Positions 60,701-64,000 of a stretch of 64,000 bases of DNA are shown piece after piece. A program made the translations under genes and the position numbers. Every line of letters starts with the position of its first letter. Position 1 is the stretch's first letter. Source of the DNA: Geosiphon pyriformis uo1. Its lineage: Eukaryota; Fungi; Glomeromycota. The DNA lies in the NCBI GenBank assembly GCA_016748015.1, contig JAAOMT010000494.1:426190-490189 (forward strand). The letters run 5' to 3'. The notes under the pieces were generated by a model. The model worked only from the letters and a program-made list of their open reading frames with translations, was not told the DNA's origin and did no database searches.

Positions 60701-63383
60701 CAAACTGTACCATTATCCTCATGATGCTGAAATGATTTTCGATCTAGCAATGGCTTTAATCAACAGAACTACTCAAGAAAATGTTCGTCAAATGAAAGAA
60801 TCAGAATATATTGCATACATCTTTGAAATCGCTGGATACAACTACGAAGATGAAGTAGAAGTATATCACCAAATTGCCAATTACACTTACTCAACCAAAG
60901 AAGTTCAAGCTCAATGGCTAGAGCAAATGAACATTAAATTGTGTGAAGAATGCATAATGCCCTGCAATGAGCAATGGTGCTCTGAATGCTATGCTCTTAA
61001 TGTTCCCCTGCCCAGTAAAAACAATGAAAGCAAAATTGAATTTGGAAAATCTGAAGCAACAGAAAAAATTAAAACAACACTCATCTATCTTATCGAAAGT
61101 CAACCTGCCTTACAACTCAAATACTTCAACAACAACGGACAAGGAATAAAACCTGAAAAAGCACATGAAATTGATGCTGGATATGACCTAAGATATTCAA
61201 ACAAGAATACTCTTGTTCTCAAACCCAAATCTCTCACAAAAATCAACCTCAAAATTGCACTCAAAATTCCACCAGGAGCAATGGTTCAAATTGCCTCCCA
61301 GTCCTCTCTGGCAAGCAAAGGAATCAATGTCAGAGGAGGAATAATTGATGCTGGATATACTGGAGACATTACAGTGATGCTTCAAAATGAAACTAACAAA
61401 CCATTCAAGATTGACCATGCTGAAAAAATTGCCCAAGCTATTTACCTACCCCTAATCAACATTTCAGGTTTGCAACTAGTTAATCAAAGAGAACAATTAG
61501 GAAAAAGCAATAGAGAAATCCAAGGTTTTGGTTCAACTGAACAATTCACAGTTCCAGTTAATATAGCTCTTAACACACAGAACGAATCCCACCAGATTCT
61601 CAGACTTCCACAACCAATTACCATCTCACCCTTTGGAGAACATCTGGAAATCTACACCTGCCCAAAGCCAACAACCACACAACAAATTTTTGAGTCCAAT
61701 GAACAAGTCTGCTTGGAACATAATATTTCAATCCCAAATATTTATATTCCAGAAGGAACAAAGAAAATCCGAGTTACTTTTTACAATCCCAACAATTACC
61801 CCATAGTTCTATTAAATAACTTAAAAATTGGAGTTATTTACAGTAACATCTTTCAACAAAAACTACCCCAGACAGTTCCCAATTTTTTGGAAATCATTGG
61901 ACATTTACTACCAAAAATCAACCCAAACCCTAGCTCTGAAAACTACCATGTTGTCATAAAAAAACTATCTCGAATCAACATGGGACAACTTGAATCACAA
62001 CAATGGAGCCAGCTCAAAGAGCTAATTACAGAATTTGCTGATATCTTTGCTGAAAACAACAATGACTTAGGAAGAACCAATTTGGTTCAACACCAAATTT
62101 ATACAGGAGATGCCAAACCAAGAAGACAATAAGCATACTGAGTTGCTCCAGAAAGCCACCAATTCATCTAAAAAGAAGTACAACAAATGCTTAACAATGA
62201 GCTCATCCAACCCTCCATAAGTCCTTGGGCTTCACCTGTAGTGCTAGTTAAAAAGAAAAATGGAAAGATACAATTTTGTGTTGACTACCGACAACTTAAC
62301 AGTATTACAATTGGAGATGCCTACCCCTTTCCCCAAATTGATGACATGTTAGATGCCCTTGGAAAATCCAAATACTTTTCAACACTAGATTTAGAAAGCG
62401 ATTACTGGCAAGTTGCTATGGATCCCAAAGATCATCCCAAAACAGCATTCACCACTCAAGGCGGAAATTACAAGTTCAATGTAATGCCTTTCGGATTATG
62501 CAATGCACCAGCAACGTTTCAGAGATTAATGGATGTTGTGTACCAAGGACTTCTTTGGAAGTCAGTAGTCGTTTATCTTGACAATACTGATGTTTATTCT
62601 TCATTGTTTGAATTACATTTAAAACACCTGCGAGAAGTTTTTCAACAATTACGAAAAGCAGGACTAAAACTCAACATCAAAAAATACTACTTTGGAAAAA
62701 CAAGCTTGGCCTTCCTTGGTCATATTGTTAGTAAAGATGGAATCAAACTGGACCCTGAAAAAATCAGTGCTGTCAAAAACTTCAAAACTCCTCAAAACAC
62801 TACAAAACTAAGAGGATTCATAGGGTTAGCCTCCTATTATCAGAAGTTTATCAAAAAATTCTCAGAAATTGCAAAACCTCTCAACCAGCTTATTACCAAA
62901 AACATCAAATATGAATGGACTGCTGAATGCCAAAATGCATTTGAAATCCTCAAAGAAAAACTAACAACAGCTCTAATTCTCGCCTACTCAGATTTCAGCA
63001 ACCAATTCCGATTAGCAACAGATGCTTCGTATACTGCCTTTGGTGCTATCCTATCACAATTGGATGACAATAGAAATAAGCGAGTAATTGCCTATGCTAG
63101 CAGAACATTAAAACCAGCTGAAAAAAATTATCCTACCACTGAATTGGAAACAGCAGCTGTAATTTGGGCCCTACATCATTTCAACCTTTATCTTTGGCCA
63201 AAGGAATTCGATATTATCACTGATAATATTGGACTCAAATGACTTCAGAACAAAAATACTTAGCTAAACGCAAAACAAACCCGATGGACAGGATTTCTAG
63301 CAAACTATCGATACATAGTACATCATAAACCAAGAAAACTTCACACCAATGTTGACTGTCTCTTCAGAATGAGACAAAATTAG
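57741..63383 (+). pseudogene. Single-frame gag-PR-Cys-rich-dUTPase-RT-RNase H of B1 (~1880 codons, point stops, no net frameshift)
   Basis: ORFs at 57768, 58074, 58890, 59445, 59886, 60732 and 62187 share one frame. CHYCGISGHWKRNC, LILDSGS, DAGYDL, MPFGLCNAPATFQR, ATDAS, ELETAAV; ends RMRQN* at 63381-63383. Confidence 0.94.
61116..61540 (+). other. dUTPase domain within B1 pol
   Basis: DAGYDL, SQSSLASKG, GGIIDAGYTGDI, KIAQAI, REIQGFGST. Confidence 0.93.
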
Positions 63384-63433
63384 AAAAAAAAAAACCAACA
63401 CTCAACTTAACTAACCAAAACAGCCAACAAACA

Positions 63434-64000
63434 ATGAATTTGGAAAACTACAACAATCTTAAACAATATTTGAAAACATTAACAATTCCAACAGATTGGT
63501 CTCCAGATGAAAAACATTGACTACAACAACAAGCCAAATAATATTTTCTACACAACAATATTATTTATCAGTGAAATTTCAAAAATCCAGACAAACCACT
63601 CAGATTAATACAAGAACAGGAAAAAGAGACTATATTATACAACATGCACTTAAATCTTTCATCAGCACACTTTGGAAAAGACAGCACCACCCAAAAAACA
63701 CTAGAATACTACTTTTGGCCTTGAATGAGAAAAGACATTCACGAATATGTCGAATTTTATGATAGTTGTTAAAGAAGAGAAAGAACACACCCTACTGAAC
63801 CATTAAACCCAATCAAAGTTGGACAGCCTTTTGACAGAATTGGTATTGATTTAGTCGGACCACTACCTATCACAAACCAAGGAAATTATTATATTGCAGT
63901 AGCTGTAGACTATCTTACCAAATGGCCTAAAGCCAGAGTCATTTAACGAGCAGATGCAAAATTAGTAGCAAACTTCATTTACAAAGACATCATTTGTAGA
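63434..64000 (+). pseudogene. Integrase of B1 (N-terminal part), own ATG and frame
   Basis: MNLENYNNLKQYL..., NMH...AHFG, YYFWP, QPFDRIGIDLVGPL, DYLTKWP. Confidence 0.9.

Larger units (their letters stand above)
56740..64000 (+). mobile_element. Ty3/Gypsy family B copy B1, nested in A3, runs off the window
   Basis: LTR, PBS, gag-PR-dUTPase-RT-RH and start of integrase; LTR unrelated in sequence to family A. Confidence 0.96.

Noticed and set aside
62573-62590. RT motif YLDN instead of YLDD in both A2 and B1, suggesting a variant active site
   Set aside because: GAC-GAY has a CpG across the codon junction, so independent G>A hits at a hotspot explain it.

Overview
Eukaryotic, AT-rich fungal DNA. 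The gene and transposon content points to an early-diverging lineage, probably Glomeromycotina/Mucoromycota (inference). Most of the window is nested, decayed transposons around a ~8 kb host-gene island (about 28.2-36.1 kb). The island holds three intact spliced genes: a Bin3/MePCE RNA methyltransferase, an HP1/Swi6 chromo plus chromoshadow protein and a Cbf1-type bHLH factor. There are two related Ty3/Gypsy families. Family A has copies at 1-2920, 6015-15956 (complete) and 52537-56739. Family B has a copy at 56740-64000 and solo LTRs at 48470-49434 and 45909-46886. There are also five copies of an APE-RT-RNase H LINE and a DDE transposase relic. The most unusual signal is the Gypsy architecture, which resembles a complex retrovirus. 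Gag has no AUG after the PBS, and a splice acceptor sits at or just after the PBS. Hairpin-associated splice donors lie in the LTR. Integrase is a separate ORF behind its own in-phase acceptor. Family A has a conserved extra ORF at the env position. Pol carries a Cys-rich domain and a dUTPase. All repeats show almost pure C>T/G>A decay (RIP-like, apparently TpC- and CpG-biased) while host genes are untouched. Coordinates and alignments were read by eye, and the splicing claims are predictions.
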